Origin: Verrucomicrobiota bacterium
GTDB lineage: Bacteria > Verrucomicrobiota > Verrucomicrobiia > Limisphaerales > SXQI01
Length of the DNA stretch: 32,598 nucleotides
Reading direction: 5' to 3'
Assembly (NCBI GenBank): GCA_033762115.1
Contig: JANRLX010000014.1
Coordinates: 1-32,598 of the forward strand
Part shown: positions 16,516 through 26,434 of the stretch, piece after piece
Layout of the letters: each line of letters starts with the position of its first letter
How positions within the stretch are numbered: the first letter of the stretch is position 1
Notes under the pieces: generated by a model
The model's database searches: none
What the model was told of the DNA's origin: nothing
The model's input: the letters and a program-made list of their open reading frames with translations, nothing else
Translations under genes and position numbers: made by a program

Positions 16516-16818
16516 ATGTTCATGACCGGTCAGAAAGTTGTTTGTGTGGATGACAAATTCCCTCTCGGAATTGAAAAATTTTACAACGCCTTGCCGAAAG
16601 AGAATGAAACCTACGTCGTTCGCGGCACCACTGTTGGAATCAGCCTTCAAGGCGAGGAAGGGGAGTTGTGCGTTTACCTGGTTGGCCTTCAAAATCCATG
16701 CAGTACCACTCCCCCGTATCGTGAGCGGGGATTCAAATGCGAACGGTTCCGTCCCCTGGAAGAAATTCAGGAGGAGAATCGCGCCAGGCAGGAACAGTCC
16801 GAGCCAGCCCTGCTTTAA
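16516..16818 (+). CDS. Small hypothetical protein (MFxxGQKVVCVDD...ERFRP)
   Basis: 100-aa ORF with its own well-formed promoter, filling the intergenic gap; SH3-like start is an inference. Confidence 0.75.
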   Translation: MFMTGQKVVCVDDKFPLGIEKFYNALPKENETYVVRGTTVGISLQGEEGELCVYLVGLQNPCSTTPPYRERGFKCERFRPLEEIQEENRARQEQSEPALL

Positions 16819-16873
16819 CTCTGTTCCCAGTTTTAGCTTTTCGGTTTTATCGCGCTGAATTAAGCTCACCGAC

Positions 16874-18073
16874 GTGAAACCCTTTTCCCTTAAGCTGTTA
16901 TTGGTTCTTTTGGCTTCCCTGACAGTCCACGCTGCTGAACCGTCGCATGACCGATTTTCCGCAGTTACACAGGTGATGGAACGATTTGTCAGTGAGAACG
17001 TCATTGCCGGTGGAGTCACCATGATCGCCACAAGCGACAAGATTCTCCACACCTCGGTTACCGGGTATGCTGATTTGAAAACCAGGCAGAAAATGGAGAA
17101 GGACAGTCTCATGTGGATCGCTTCCATGACCAAGCCGATCGTCGCGGTCGCGGTCCTGATGTTGCAGGATGAAGGAAAATTATCTGTGGAAGATCCGGTT
17201 GAAAAACATCTTCCCGAGTTCAAGGAAATGCGGTTACTTGCTGATGCTTCGAATGAACGTCAGGTGACCGTTCCCGCTCCACGAAAAATTACCATCCGCG
17301 ATCTGCTGACCCATACCTCGGCAGTTAATGAACTTAAGGCAGGCCCTGGCCGACATAATGCAACCCTTGCAGAGTTGGTCATGGGCTATTCACAACGCCC
17401 TCTCCGCTACCCGCCCGGAGAAAAATGGGAATACAATAATCCGGGAATCAATATCCTGGGCAGGATTGTCGAAGTGGTTTCCGGGCAGAAATTCGAGGAT
17501 TTCATGGATCAGCGAATCTTCAAGCCGCTGGGAATGAAAGACACCACCTTCTGGCCGGGCAAACAGCAGGTTAAACGGGTTGCAAAATCTTATAAAGTGG
17601 CGCAGGAAGGCAAAGGACTTGAAGAAACTCCGGTGTTTCTGGTTTCCGGGGATTTGTCCGATCGCACACGCACCCCATTCCCTGCGGGCGGGCTTTATTC
17701 CACAGCGGGGGATATTGTTAAGTTTTACCAAATGATGTTGAACCGGGGTGAGTTCAAGGGAAAACAGTTGCTCTCGCAAAAAGCGGTCGAGGAAATGACC
17801 CGCACCCAGACAGGCGACCTGAAAACCGGATTCACCAACGGGATGAGCTGGGGTTTCGGATTTCAGGTCGTGAAAAATCCAATCGGAGTCACGGAAATGT
17901 TATCCCCGGGAACGTTCGGTCATGGGGGAGCTTACGCCACTCAAAGCTGGGCTGATCCAAAAAAGGGAATCATTTACGTCATGATGATTCAGCGAGCTGG
18001 CTTCCCGAATGGGGATGATTCGATTGTGAGAAAAGAATTCCAGAAAGCCGCAGCCGCAGCGCTCTCGAAATAG
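16874..18073 (+). CDS. Serine hydrolase, beta-lactamase/AmpC-related family
   Basis: Signal peptide; SMTK (SxxK), LLTHTS, YNN (YxN), HGGA. Confidence 0.92.
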   Translation: MKPFSLKLLLVLLASLTVHAAEPSHDRFSAVTQVMERFVSENVIAGGVTMIATSDKILHTSVTGYADLKTRQKMEKDSLMWIASMTKPIVAVAVLMLQDEGKLSVEDPVEKHLPEFKEMRLLADASNERQVTVPAPRKITIRDLLTHTSAVNELKAGPGRHNATLAELVMGYSQRPLRYPPGEKWEYNNPGINILGRIVEVVSGQKFEDFMDQRIFKPLGMKDTTFWPGKQQVKRVAKSYKVAQEGKGLEETPVFLVSGDLSDRTRTPFPAGGLYSTAGDIVKFYQMMLNRGEFKGKQLLSQKAVEEMTRTQTGDLKTGFTNGMSWGFGFQVVKNPIGVTEMLSPGTFGHGGAYATQSWADPKKGIIYVMMIQRAGFPNGDDSIVRKEFQKAAAAALSK

Positions 18074-18076
18074 AGC

Positions 18077-18104
18077 AAGCGCTCGCAATCAGCTGAGCGC
18101 TTTT
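18077..18104. terminator. Hairpin terminator between convergent genes
   Basis: AAGCGCTC-N10-GAGCGCTT with a short T-tract. Confidence 0.6.
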
Positions 18105-18119
18105 GATCCAGCTAGGCGT

Positions 18120-18923
18120 CTATTCGTCGCTGCCGAGGATGCTGCCGAGGCCGATTCCACCCAGAATGGACCCCTCACCTTTGCTGGCCCCGCCTGCGCT
18201 TGGCGCAGCGGCTATAATCCGGTTGGCCAATCGGCTGAGCGGCAAGGACTGCAACCAGACACGTCCCGGCCCGCGCAACGTTGCAAAGAACAGTCCTTCA
18301 CCACCAAAGAGCGCGGATTTGATCTTGCCGACGAATTGGATGTCGTAATCGACAGATGGCTGAAAGGCAACAATACAGCCGGTATCGACCCGCAGCGTCT
18401 CGCCCGGTGCCAGGTCACGCTGCATCAAGGTGCCTCCCGCGTGAACAAAGGCCCAGCCATCGCCCTGAAGGCGTTGCATAATAAAGCCTTCACCGCCGAA
18501 GAGACCGACACCAAGCCTTTTCTGGAAGGCAATTTCAATCGAAACGCCTTTTGCTGCGGCAAGGAACGAATCCTTCTGGGTGATCAGGTGGCCGCCAATT
18601 TCCGAAAGGTGGACCGGAACGATTTTGCCGGGATAAGGAGCGCCGAAAGCCACTTTTTTCTTTCCAGCCCCCTTGTTTCCAAAAAGGGTCATGAACAGGG
18701 ACTCACCGGTGATCAGACGTTTGCCTGCGCCCATCAAAGCGCCAAAAAAACCGCTGTTCTGCTGGGAACCATCACCGAAAATGGTTTCCATTTCGATGCC
18801 GTCCTCCATGTACATCATGCCACCGGCTTCAGCAATGGCAGCCTCCTGTGGATCGAGCTCGATCTCGACAAACTGCATGTCGTCGCCAAAAATTTTAAAA
18901 TCCACTTCGTGCATCGCTTGCAT
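18120..18923 (-). CDS. AIM24 / TIGR00266 family protein
   Basis: [42 protein letters not shown]. Confidence 0.93.
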   Translation of the reverse strand: MQAMHEVDFKIFGDDMQFVEIELDPQEAAIAEAGGMMYMEDGIEMETIFGDGSQQNSGFFGALMGAGKRLITGESLFMTLFGNKGAGKKKVAFGAPYPGKIVPVHLSEIGGHLITQKDSFLAAAKGVSIEIAFQKRLGVGLFGGEGFIMQRLQGDGWAFVHAGGTLMQRDLAPGETLRVDTGCIVAFQPSVDYDIQFVGKIKSALFGGEGLFFATLRGPGRVWLQSLPLSRLANRIIAAAPSAGGASKGEGSILGGIGLGSILGSDE

Positions 18924-18999
18924 ATGGAAACCTTTCTTGCGTAAAAGGAATTATAAGTCAATGGGAATGGATATCCAGCAGCTTGATTCAATAATTTTT

Positions 19000-19028
19000 T
19001 TGCCCCATTTCCCCGCTGAGGGTAAACT
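19000..19028 (+). promoter_or_regulatory. Putative sigma70 leaderless promoter
   Basis: TTGCCC-N17-TAAACT-N6-GTG. Confidence 0.6.
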
Positions 19029-19034
19029 CAGTGC

Positions 19035-21632
19035 GTGAATAGCCACAGGATTTTTCTTGTTTGCCTTTTTTTGGCATCGCCATTCACAGTCCTGGAAAAC
19101 TCCGGGGAGGACGCCGCTCAATTGTTTACTCAAAAAATTGGCCCTTTGCTGGAGTCCCGGTGTGTCAGTTGTCATGGGCCCGATAAGCAAAAAGCCGGTC
19201 TTCGGCTGGATTCACGCGAAGCGGCCATGAAAGGGGGGGAAGGAGGCCCTTCTCTCGTCCCGAACGATCCCGATAAAAGCCTCCTGCTTCAGGCGGTCAT
19301 GCATTCAAAGCCTGACCTGGAAATGCCGCCGAAGGAGAAACTCACTCCCCGGGACATTGAACTGCTGACGCTTTGGATCAAAGCAGGCGCTCCCTGGCCT
19401 GTGACAAAATCAGAAGGAATCACGGTCTCGGCTGGGTTGGGCGAGTACGTGGGTGATGCCTGGTCTGACAAGAGGAATCCAATCCATCAGATATGGGGAG
19501 GCAAACGGCTGGATCTTTGGTCACTCAAGCCGATTCGAAGGGTTGATCCCCCGAGGAACAACGGACGATGGGCTCGCAACGCGATCGATCATTTTATCCT
19601 GCATCGCCTGCAATCAGCCAATCTTCAACCATTGCCGGAAGCAGATAAACGTGTGCTGGCGCGGAGGGTCTATCTTGATCTTACCGGCCTGCCACCATCG
19701 TTTGAACAGATGCAGGCATTTCTCTCGGACAAACGCTCTGATGCTTACGAAAGACTCGTTGATCAATTGCTCACCTCTCCCCGTTATGGAGAGCATTGGG
19801 CAAGGCAATGGCTGGATGTGGTCCGTTACAGCGACAGCAACGGGTTTGACTGGGATGAGTATCGGAAGGATGCCTGGCGCTACCGGGATTACGTCATTCG
19901 ATCATTTAATTCGGACAAGCCTTTTGACCAGTTTGTCCGTGAACAACTGGCGGGGGATGAATTAATTGATGGCCCTCCCACATCTCCCAAAGAACAGGAT
20001 CTGCTGATTGCCACAGGCTATTTGCGCGTAGGTCCGCAGGATAACTCGGCCCCGCTGTTCAATGAGCAGGCCCGTGCCAGGGCGGAGTTGCTTGCAGACC
20101 TGACCGAAACCACCAGCGGCGCCTTCCTGGGGTTGACGATGTCCTGCTGCCGCTGTCACGATCATAAATATGATCCGTTGTCGCAGGCGGACCATTTCCG
20201 GCTGAGAGCATTTTTTGAACAGGTCAAATATGCTGATGACCTGCCCTTGGATCTCAAGGAGGAGCAGGCGGTTATCAGGGCGCACAATGCTCAACTGGAG
20301 GAAGTGTTAAAGGATCTGACCGCGAAACGTTCAGCCTTGCTGACGCCAAAAGAAGAGGAGCTGAAAGCAGAGTTGATTGCCATGCTTTCGGCGGAAGAAG
20401 CGGAAATTTTAAAGCAAAGCAAAGAGGGCGCGGATGCCGAACTGAAAAAGAAGATTGAAGCGGTCGAAAAGAAAGTGACTCCCGCCGAGGAGACCGTTAT
20501 TGCGGCGTTGCCCAGGGAGCAGGCAAAGGCGCTGGAAGAGCTGAAACAGGAAATCGAGGCGACTAAAAAGAGAAAGCGTTCCTTCACCGTGGGTTTGCTG
20601 ATGACCGATGCTGAGGGGATCCCGCCAGCAACAAAAATCCTTTTCCAGGGGGATCACAAGCAGGAGCGAAATCCTGTCCTGCCCGGCTTCATTTCCGCGA
20701 TTGATCCGAATCCGGCAATCATCCGCAAACCAGTTAACTCAAAGACGAGCGGGCGCAGGCTCACTCTCGCTGAACTGATTATTTCACCTGATAATCCACT
20801 TACTGCCAGGGTATTGGTCAATCGCATCTGGCAGGGACACTTTGGGCGTGGTTTTGTGGCCACTCCGAATGATTTTGGGCTGGCAGGCGCTGAGCCTTCC
20901 CATCCCGAATTGCTGGACTGGCTCGCAAGTGAATTAATGGCGCGTGGATGGTCTATAAAGCAATTGCACCGGCTGATCGTGACCAGCGCCACCTACCGCC
21001 AATCCTCAACCGCCCCCGGAAAAGTGATCGCCAAAGGCGTGGCGTCCGATTCAGAAAACCAGTTGCTTTGGCGGCAGACTTTTCGCCGAATGTCCGCCGA
21101 ACAGTTGCGCGACTCAGCCCTGTTCGTCAGTGGCCTGTTACAGGAAAAAGCTGGCGGTCCCCCGGTCTGGCCGGAACTCCCCGCCGAGGTGTTGCAGGCA
21201 AATCCGGCATTCCTGGATGACAACGCGGAGAAAACAAAAGGCTGGTATCCCTCCCCGCCTGGAGAACGGAACGTCCGCAGCATTTATCTGGTCCAGAAAA
21301 GAACGGTCCGCGTGCCTCTTTTGGAAACATTCGACCTGCCGGACAACTCCACCTCATGCGCCCGCAGGAATGAATCCGTGGTGGCGCCACAGGCATTGTC
21401 ACTGCTGAACAGTCCCTTTGCGGTGGAAACTGCAACAGCATTCGCTGCCCGGGTCGAACGGGAAGCTGGCAGCCTGCCAAAGAACCAGGTCCAGCGAGTG
21501 TTTGAAATTGCCTTTCAGCGGTCACCCAAAATCCAGGAACTGGAGACCTGCACGCAATTCCTGCAGCAAAGGAGCCTTGCCGAATTGTGCCGCAGCGTCC
21601 TGAACCTGAATGAATTTGTTTATATCGATTGA
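19035..21632 (+). CDS. Planctomycete-type cytochrome c + DUF1549 (PSCyt2) + DUF1553 (PSD1) protein
   Basis: CVSCHG...GLRLD...MPP...[78 protein letters not shown]. Confidence 0.93.
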   Translation: MNSHRIFLVCLFLASPFTVLENSGEDAAQLFTQKIGPLLESRCVSCHGPDKQKAGLRLDSREAAMKGGEGGPSLVPNDPDKSLLLQAVMHSKPDLEMPPKEKLTPRDIELLTLWIKAGAPWPVTKSEGITVSAGLGEYVGDAWSDKRNPIHQIWGGKRLDLWSLKPIRRVDPPRNNGRWARNAIDHFILHRLQSANLQPLPEADKRVLARRVYLDLTGLPPSFEQMQAFLSDKRSDAYERLVDQLLTSPRYGEHWARQWLDVVRYSDSNGFDWDEYRKDAWRYRDYVIRSFNSDKPFDQFVREQLAGDELIDGPPTSPKEQDLLIATGYLRVGPQDNSAPLFNEQARARAELLADLTETTSGAFLGLTMSCCRCHDHKYDPLSQADHFRLRAFFEQVKYADDLPLDLKEEQAVIRAHNAQLEEVLKDLTAKRSALLTPKEEELKAELIAMLSAEEAEILKQSKEGADAELKKKIEAVEKKVTPAEETVIAALPREQAKALEELKQEIEATKKRKRSFTVGLLMTDAEGIPPATKILFQGDHKQERNPVLPGFISAIDPNPAIIRKPVNSKTSGRRLTLAELIISPDNPLTARVLVNRIWQGHFGRGFVATPNDFGLAGAEPSHPELLDWLASELMARGWSIKQLHRLIVTSATYRQSSTAPGKVIAKGVASDSENQLLWRQTFRRMSAEQLRDSALFVSGLLQEKAGGPPVWPELPAEVLQANPAFLDDNAEKTKGWYPSPPGERNVRSIYLVQKRTVRVPLLETFDLPDNSTSCARRNESVVAPQALSLLNSPFAVETATAFAARVEREAGSLPKNQVQRVFEIAFQRSPKIQELETCTQFLQQRSLAELCRSVLNLNEFVYID

Positions 21633-21638
21633 GTGGCC

Positions 21639-22133
21639 CTATTTCCGCACCGGCATCAATCCAAAATGCAGGAGCACCCAGAGAGGAACGGCAAAAAGGG
21701 CAATTGCGGTCAGGCGGTCCCATGACCATGCTAGATAGTTCGACTGGATGGGGAAAATGGCGATCATGAAATAGTTGCTGAAACGGCTATGCCCAAGAAA
21801 GCTGCAATATTTTGGGTATTTTCTCCGGATACCACTGATCAGCGCGGTGACTCCCGCGATTCCCACACCCACGGTCACGATAATATTTACGGCGAAGAGA
21901 GCAGTGACCGTGAGTTTCCCCTCGCTCTCAGCAGAATATTGATACAACCAGTGAGCGGCTGCCCAGCAAAAGCTGAACCCGGTCTGAATGGCGGTTTTAA
22001 AGGAAGCCTTGGAAGAGGTGATTTCGTTGACGATCCATCCAAAATAGAGGGGAACAATTCCCCAGATCATATCCACATGCAAAAATGGAGTGCGGACCAA
22101 TTCCCAGAAAATTGCAGCGAAGTTTGTGTTCAC
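21639..22133 (-). CDS. Hypothetical integral membrane protein
   Basis: 164 aa with several hydrophobic helices; GTG start 5 nt after the POT transporter stop. Confidence 0.7.
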   Translation of the reverse strand: MNTNFAAIFWELVRTPFLHVDMIWGIVPLYFGWIVNEITSSKASFKTAIQTGFSFCWAAAHWLYQYSAESEGKLTVTALFAVNIIVTVGVGIAGVTALISGIRRKYPKYCSFLGHSRFSNYFMIAIFPIQSNYLAWSWDRLTAIALFAVPLWVLLHFGLMPVRK

Positions 22134-22138
22134 CGGGC

Positions 22139-23494
22139 TCAGGTGTGAGATGGAGCAGTTTCCGTGTAGAGGTGGTTCTCCTCTTTATACCACCTGGCGA
22201 ACGGAATAAAAAGAATCGCCGCAGCAAGCATTAACCCGGCAAAAAAAAGATAATATGCAGGCCCGGCCAGTTTGCTGGTTTGGTCCGGGTTTTGGATGAA
22301 ATGATTGACTGCTGAAGTGAAAAAATTTCCCAGGGAAAGCGACAGCATGTAAAAACTCATGACGAGCGATTTCATTTTTTTCGGGGCCTGGGTATAGGCG
22401 AATTCAAGCCCGGTAATTGAAATCAGAATTTCACCCGCAGTGAGCAGCACATAAGACCACACCTGCCAGATCGCATGCGGTTGTTCACCGGCCATGATTC
22501 GTTGCTCAATCCACGCCGGAATCAGAAACGAACCCACTGCAAGAAACATTCCCATCCCGATTTTCCGGAGCGGAGTCACATTAAAAAATCTGCCCAGCAA
22601 GGGATAGATCACATAGGAAAACAGCGGAATGAAAAGCAGGATAAGAATCGGGTTGATGGCCTGAAGCTGGGCTGCGGAGAATTGCTGGCCAAAAAAGGTA
22701 CGATCCATTTTACCTGCCTGGAGGACCCATGCCGAATGGCTTTGGTCGTACAAGGACCAGTAAACCGCGATAAAGAGGTACAACACAATCAAACGTGAAA
22801 GGGATTTGATTGAAGTCCAGCTGAAGGTTTCTTTTACAAATTCCATTCCGGCCGGTGGGATATGGGCATAGGTGTGCCTTCCCATCCAGAAAACCAGCGT
22901 TGCCAACCCCATGATTCCGGCCGGCAACCCGAAGGCAAGGGCAGGCCCCTCATTTTGCAGCAACCGTGGAATGATCAGCATGGAAATGGATGACCCCAGG
23001 TTGATTGAAAAGTAAAACCAACTGAAAACGCGCGGAAGCAAATGCTGGTTGGATTGACCAAATTGATCGCCCACATGCGCGGAAACACACGGCTTGATCC
23101 CCCCGGACCCAATCGCAATCAGCGCCAGGCCGATGAAAAGTCCGGTTCGAGTGGAATCCACCGCCATAACCAAAGGCCCAAGGCAATAGACGATTGAAAG
23201 CAAAATAATCGTTCGATATTTACCGAGAAACGCATCGGAAAGAATCGCGCCAAGAAACGGGAAGAAATAAACGGCGGAGACAAAGAGGTGAAAGTATTTT
23301 TTGGCTTCTTCTTCTCCCATGGGAGATTTTTCTCCCGCAGCATTGAGGAGATACTGCGTCATGAAAACCACGAGAATCCCCTTGAGGCCGTAAAAGGTGA
23401 ACCGTTCCGCCGCTTCGTTCCCTACGATGTAAGGAATACCGGGAGGCATACCGCTGGTTTTCGGCGGGCTTGTAAGATATTTCGGCTGTGACAT
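22139..23494 (-). CDS. POT/PTR family proton-dependent oligopeptide transporter
   Basis: [10 protein letters not shown] (ExxERF), [26 protein letters not shown]. Confidence 0.93.
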   Translation of the reverse strand: MSQPKYLTSPPKTSGMPPGIPYIVGNEAAERFTFYGLKGILVVFMTQYLLNAAGEKSPMGEEEAKKYFHLFVSAVYFFPFLGAILSDAFLGKYRTIILLSIVYCLGPLVMAVDSTRTGLFIGLALIAIGSGGIKPCVSAHVGDQFGQSNQHLLPRVFSWFYFSINLGSSISMLIIPRLLQNEGPALAFGLPAGIMGLATLVFWMGRHTYAHIPPAGMEFVKETFSWTSIKSLSRLIVLYLFIAVYWSLYDQSHSAWVLQAGKMDRTFFGQQFSAAQLQAINPILILLFIPLFSYVIYPLLGRFFNVTPLRKIGMGMFLAVGSFLIPAWIEQRIMAGEQPHAIWQVWSYVLLTAGEILISITGLEFAYTQAPKKMKSLVMSFYMLSLSLGNFFTSAVNHFIQNPDQTSKLAGPAYYLFFAGLMLAAAILFIPFARWYKEENHLYTETAPSHT

Positions 23495-23506
23495 CGGTCG
23501 CGTTCC

Positions 23507-23539
23507 TTTTCACTGTACGAAGTGAAAAAAACGAGTCAA
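23507..23539 (-). promoter_or_regulatory. Sigma70 promoter of the POT gene with an overlapping palindrome
   Basis: TTGACT-N16-TACAGT on the minus strand; inverted repeat TTTTCACT-N6-AGTGAAAA at 23507-23528. Confidence 0.5.
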
Positions 23540-23591
23540 TCCGCGAAGATTTTAGTTTTTCAGGAATTTTTCGATGAAGATTGTAACTTGT

Positions 23592-24020
23592 ATGAGTGAG
23601 TTGTTTTATCTTGTGTATGTCAGTTCAGCGGTACGTCTTTTAGAGAATTCAGAGTTGTTGGATATCCTGAACAAAAGCAGAAAAAATAATGGCGCCCTCG
23701 GCATCACCGGGATGCTGCTTTATAAAGGTGGCAATTTCATGCAGGCAATCGAGGGCCCAAAAGAAAATATCATCGCTTTACAGGACAAAATCGGTCGCGA
23801 TCCACGTCATCGAAATATCATGAGCCTGATCCAGGGAATGCAAACCGACCGACAATTCAAGGAGTGGTCGATGGGGTTTGAGAATCTCGATTCTCCTGAA
23901 GCGGTCAAGGTGCCTGGTTACACCGCTTTTCTCGACAGTTCCTTTGTTTCCGGTGAGTTCCGGCAGAATCCAGGCAAAGCATTGAAGCTGTTGCGGATGT
24001 TCGCCGAAAAAATGCGTTAG
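23592..24020 (+). CDS. Stand-alone BLUF (blue-light, flavin-binding) domain protein
   Basis: LVYVS (Tyr), SRKNN, ITGMLL, FMQAIEG (Gln), DPRH, FKEWSM (Trp/Met). Start 23592 or 23574. Confidence 0.92.
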   Translation: MSELFYLVYVSSAVRLLENSELLDILNKSRKNNGALGITGMLLYKGGNFMQAIEGPKENIIALQDKIGRDPRHRNIMSLIQGMQTDRQFKEWSMGFENLDSPEAVKVPGYTAFLDSSFVSGEFRQNPGKALKLLRMFAEKMR

Positions 24021-25132
24021 TTGAAGGAGGTTGGCGGCCCCTCCGCCGCAATTTCCTTCAGATGCTCCCGATCGCGCAACGTTAGATAGACCACGCCGCC
24101 GATGAGGCTCCAGAGCAAACTGCCTGCGTAACCCACCAGTGAAAGCAGGAGTGCCTGGGCTGCTGGGGTGTCAATCCCGGGAGCAGCGAGCATCCACACA
24201 TAAAGGTTTTCCCTCACTCCAAGGCCGCTTGGGGTGATCGGGAGCGCTGAAATGCTTGTGACCATGGGAACGATTGCAGAGAGCGCGAGGGGGGAAAGAT
24301 CGAGACCGAAGCCCCAGGTAAGGGAGAGAAAATGAAGAACGAGCACGATGTTGCAGATCGTCCAGATGGGGAGCATGCGAAACAGGAATGTTTTATCTTT
24401 TCCAAATTCCCTGAACGCCTCCAGGGACCGTTCGATCATTTCACCCTTGGGCAATTTGCGGAGCCATTTGCGGGCCCCCGGCACGGACTTTGAAACACCC
24501 CCCCAAAATGAAACGACAAGGAACATCGCGCAGCCAGCAGTCATTGCCAGAATCAGCCAAACCAGCATTCGTAGGCGATAATTGTAAGTCAGCAGGTCAA
24601 GGTTCGGAATCATCATCACACAGGCAAAAACCAGCATGGAAAAAAGTCCCAGGATGCGATCCACAAATACAGTGATCACCGCTTCTGTTTTCTTATGGTG
24701 CGTTTCCCTCGCCACGTAATAGGCCTTCAACAAATCCCCACCCACCGAGCCCAGCAGAAAGGAGTTAAAAAAATGGGCCACGAGGGAAATCTGGGTGATT
24801 CGCCATAAGGGCATTTGCAGACCATGAACTCTCAGGACCATTTGCCAGCGCACGACTCCGAGAAAAATTGTCATACCCATCAACACCACACTGAGGGCCA
24901 GTGCCCATGCTTTCATGAGCTTGAATGTTTCCCAGAGGCGAGTCGGGCCGTAGAGCCAGGCGATGTCGAAACGTTCCTTCCGGGTCAGGGCGTGCCAATC
25001 CTTGCCCGGATTAAGCTCGCTCCACTCCAGACGTCCTTCATTGTAGAAAATTGCCTGAAAAATCCAGGCCAGAAGCAGAAGGCAGACCGCCAAACGCCAC
25101 GCGACCTTCCAGATTTTCCGCACCCATGTCAC
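24017..25132 (-). CDS. Lysylphosphatidylglycerol-synthase TM / UPF0104 flippase-like membrane protein
   Basis: RWQMVL, FFNSFLLGSVGGD, DRILGL, LPITPSGLGVRE. Confidence 0.85.
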   Translation of the reverse strand: MTWVRKIWKVAWRLAVCLLLLAWIFQAIFYNEGRLEWSELNPGKDWHALTRKERFDIAWLYGPTRLWETFKLMKAWALALSVVLMGMTIFLGVVRWQMVLRVHGLQMPLWRITQISLVAHFFNSFLLGSVGGDLLKAYYVARETHHKKTEAVITVFVDRILGLFSMLVFACVMMIPNLDLLTYNYRLRMLVWLILAMTAGCAMFLVVSFWGGVSKSVPGARKWLRKLPKGEMIERSLEAFREFGKDKTFLFRMLPIWTICNIVLVLHFLSLTWGFGLDLSPLALSAIVPMVTSISALPITPSGLGVRENLYVWMLAAPGIDTPAAQALLLSLVGYAGSLLWSLIGGVVYLTLRDREHLKEIAAEGPPTSFN

Positions 25133-26043
25133 TCGTCGCCCCAGACTGCCTTTATATTTTTGAACCCGGTAAGAGCATCCTGAGGTGAAACCGCAGGGCT
25201 TAATTCAAGGACTTTGATATGCTCAGGTTTGACCATTGGAGCAAGCGCTTTCCAATCGATCATCCCACTGCCCGGTGGGCAATGGTCCTGCCCGGGGAAG
25301 CGGACATCATGAACGTGAAAACCGTGAAGCCACTCGCTCATCGATTCCAGATGCATGGCATGGTCAATAAACCCAAGGTTATGTTTGATCTGGGCATGGC
25401 CACAATCATGCCAGTAACGAACGGTGTCGCCCGGAAAATCATGAAAGAAAAAAGTGAAATCGCTTTCCAGGGGAATTTCCTCCAATGCCTCCCGGTTCTC
25501 GATGCCAAGCTTGACGCCATACTTTTGCGCCACATCCACAAGGCTGCGAAGCATTTCATTGGCTAGTTCGATGTACTTCTCCTTCTTCGCCTCCCGTTTT
25601 TCGATGACTTCATTGCAAATTTTTTCGAATTTCGGGGAACCTTTTTCATCCCGTCCAACCATCTCGATCAATTTGTCGGTATAATCCTTCATATCGATAC
25701 AGCCCATGTGCAGGACAACCAGGCCAGCGCCGACCCGCGCAGCGGTTTCAATGGTTTTGACTGAATGTCGATAGGCGTTATCACGTTCACGACGGTCCGA
25801 GGAGGTGAACTTGAAAATATTCGGGGCGGCATGGTTCACACCCATCGGCAGGGGACAGAAGTTATGCAAGGTGGAGATTTTAATGACTCCGGCATCCACA
25901 GCCTCAAAGACACCGGGCAGGAGGCTGATGCGTATCCCATGACTTAACTCCGCATATTCGAAGCCCATTTCCCGAATCTCCGTCAGCATCGCGCGGCCAT
26001 CGGTATGACGATGCGAGTTCCAACAACTTGATAGTGAATACAT
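25129..26043 (-). CDS. Sugar phosphate isomerase/epimerase (xylose-isomerase-like TIM barrel)
   Basis: VVLHMG, IENRE, WHDCGHA, HVHD, DHCPPGSG, VLEL. Start placed at MYSLSSCWNS because the upstream extension overlaps the rpsU terminator. Confidence 0.85.
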   Translation of the reverse strand: MYSLSSCWNSHRHTDGRAMLTEIREMGFEYAELSHGIRISLLPGVFEAVDAGVIKISTLHNFCPLPMGVNHAAPNIFKFTSSDRRERDNAYRHSVKTIETAARVGAGLVVLHMGCIDMKDYTDKLIEMVGRDEKGSPKFEKICNEVIEKREAKKEKYIELANEMLRSLVDVAQKYGVKLGIENREALEEIPLESDFTFFFHDFPGDTVRYWHDCGHAQIKHNLGFIDHAMHLESMSEWLHGFHVHDVRFPGQDHCPPGSGMIDWKALAPMVKPEHIKVLELSPAVSPQDALTGFKNIKAVWGDE

Positions 26044-26046
26044 AAT

Positions 26047-26083
26047 AAAAAAGCCGAGTGCCAAAAGAAATAGCACCCGGCTT
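26047..26083 (-). terminator. Intrinsic terminator after rpsU
   Basis: AAGCCGGGTGC-N11-GCACTCGGCTT running into a T-tract on the minus strand. Confidence 0.7.
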
Positions 26084-26099
26084 GAAGAACTCAAATCTA

Positions 26100-26297
26100 T
26101 TACAAATCAGCGTAACGGGCAGACAACATGGCGCTAAAGCGGGCCACTTTCATTTTACGCCGCTTTTTTTCGCTCGGTTTCTCGAAGTGCCGATGGTTCC
26201 GGACTTCTTTCAATGTACCTTCCCGGTCGATGCGCTTTTTGAGACGGCGCAGCGCTTTTTCCACCGATTCACCTTTTTTTAACTTAATTTCGGTCAA
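26100..26297 (-). CDS. rpsU: 30S ribosomal protein S21
   Basis: (M)TEIKLKKGESVEKALRRLKK...RHFEKPSEKKRRK; TTG start with a purine-rich SD-like sequence. Confidence 0.95.
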   Translation of the reverse strand: MTEIKLKKGESVEKALRRLKKRIDREGTLKEVRNHRHFEKPSEKKRRKMKVARFSAMLSARYADL

Positions 26298-26379
26298 ACC
26301 TGATTCACATCCTCTCCGGATAACCTCGTTCCAGACGGCGATTGTTTCATACAATCAACCCGGATTGATTAGGGGCGGA

Positions 26380-26408
26380 ACAGTAGGTTCTCTCCCTTTT
26401 TATGTCAA
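26380..26408 (-). promoter_or_regulatory. Sigma70 promoter of rpsU
   Basis: TTGACA-N17-TACTGT. Confidence 0.7.
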
Positions 26409-26434
26409 TTGCATTTCGAAAAAATACTTGTAAG

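Noticed and set aside
16468..17223. 251-aa antisense ORF, and similar ones at 18336-18944, 21127-21729 and 31870-32358
   Set aside because: Shadow ORFs opposite well-supported genes.
16874..18073. Bona fide beta-lactam resistance gene (same question for the MBL-fold gene at 29550)
   Set aside because: Motifs show superfamily membership only; HGG instead of KTG and the RomA-like features argue against a resistance call.
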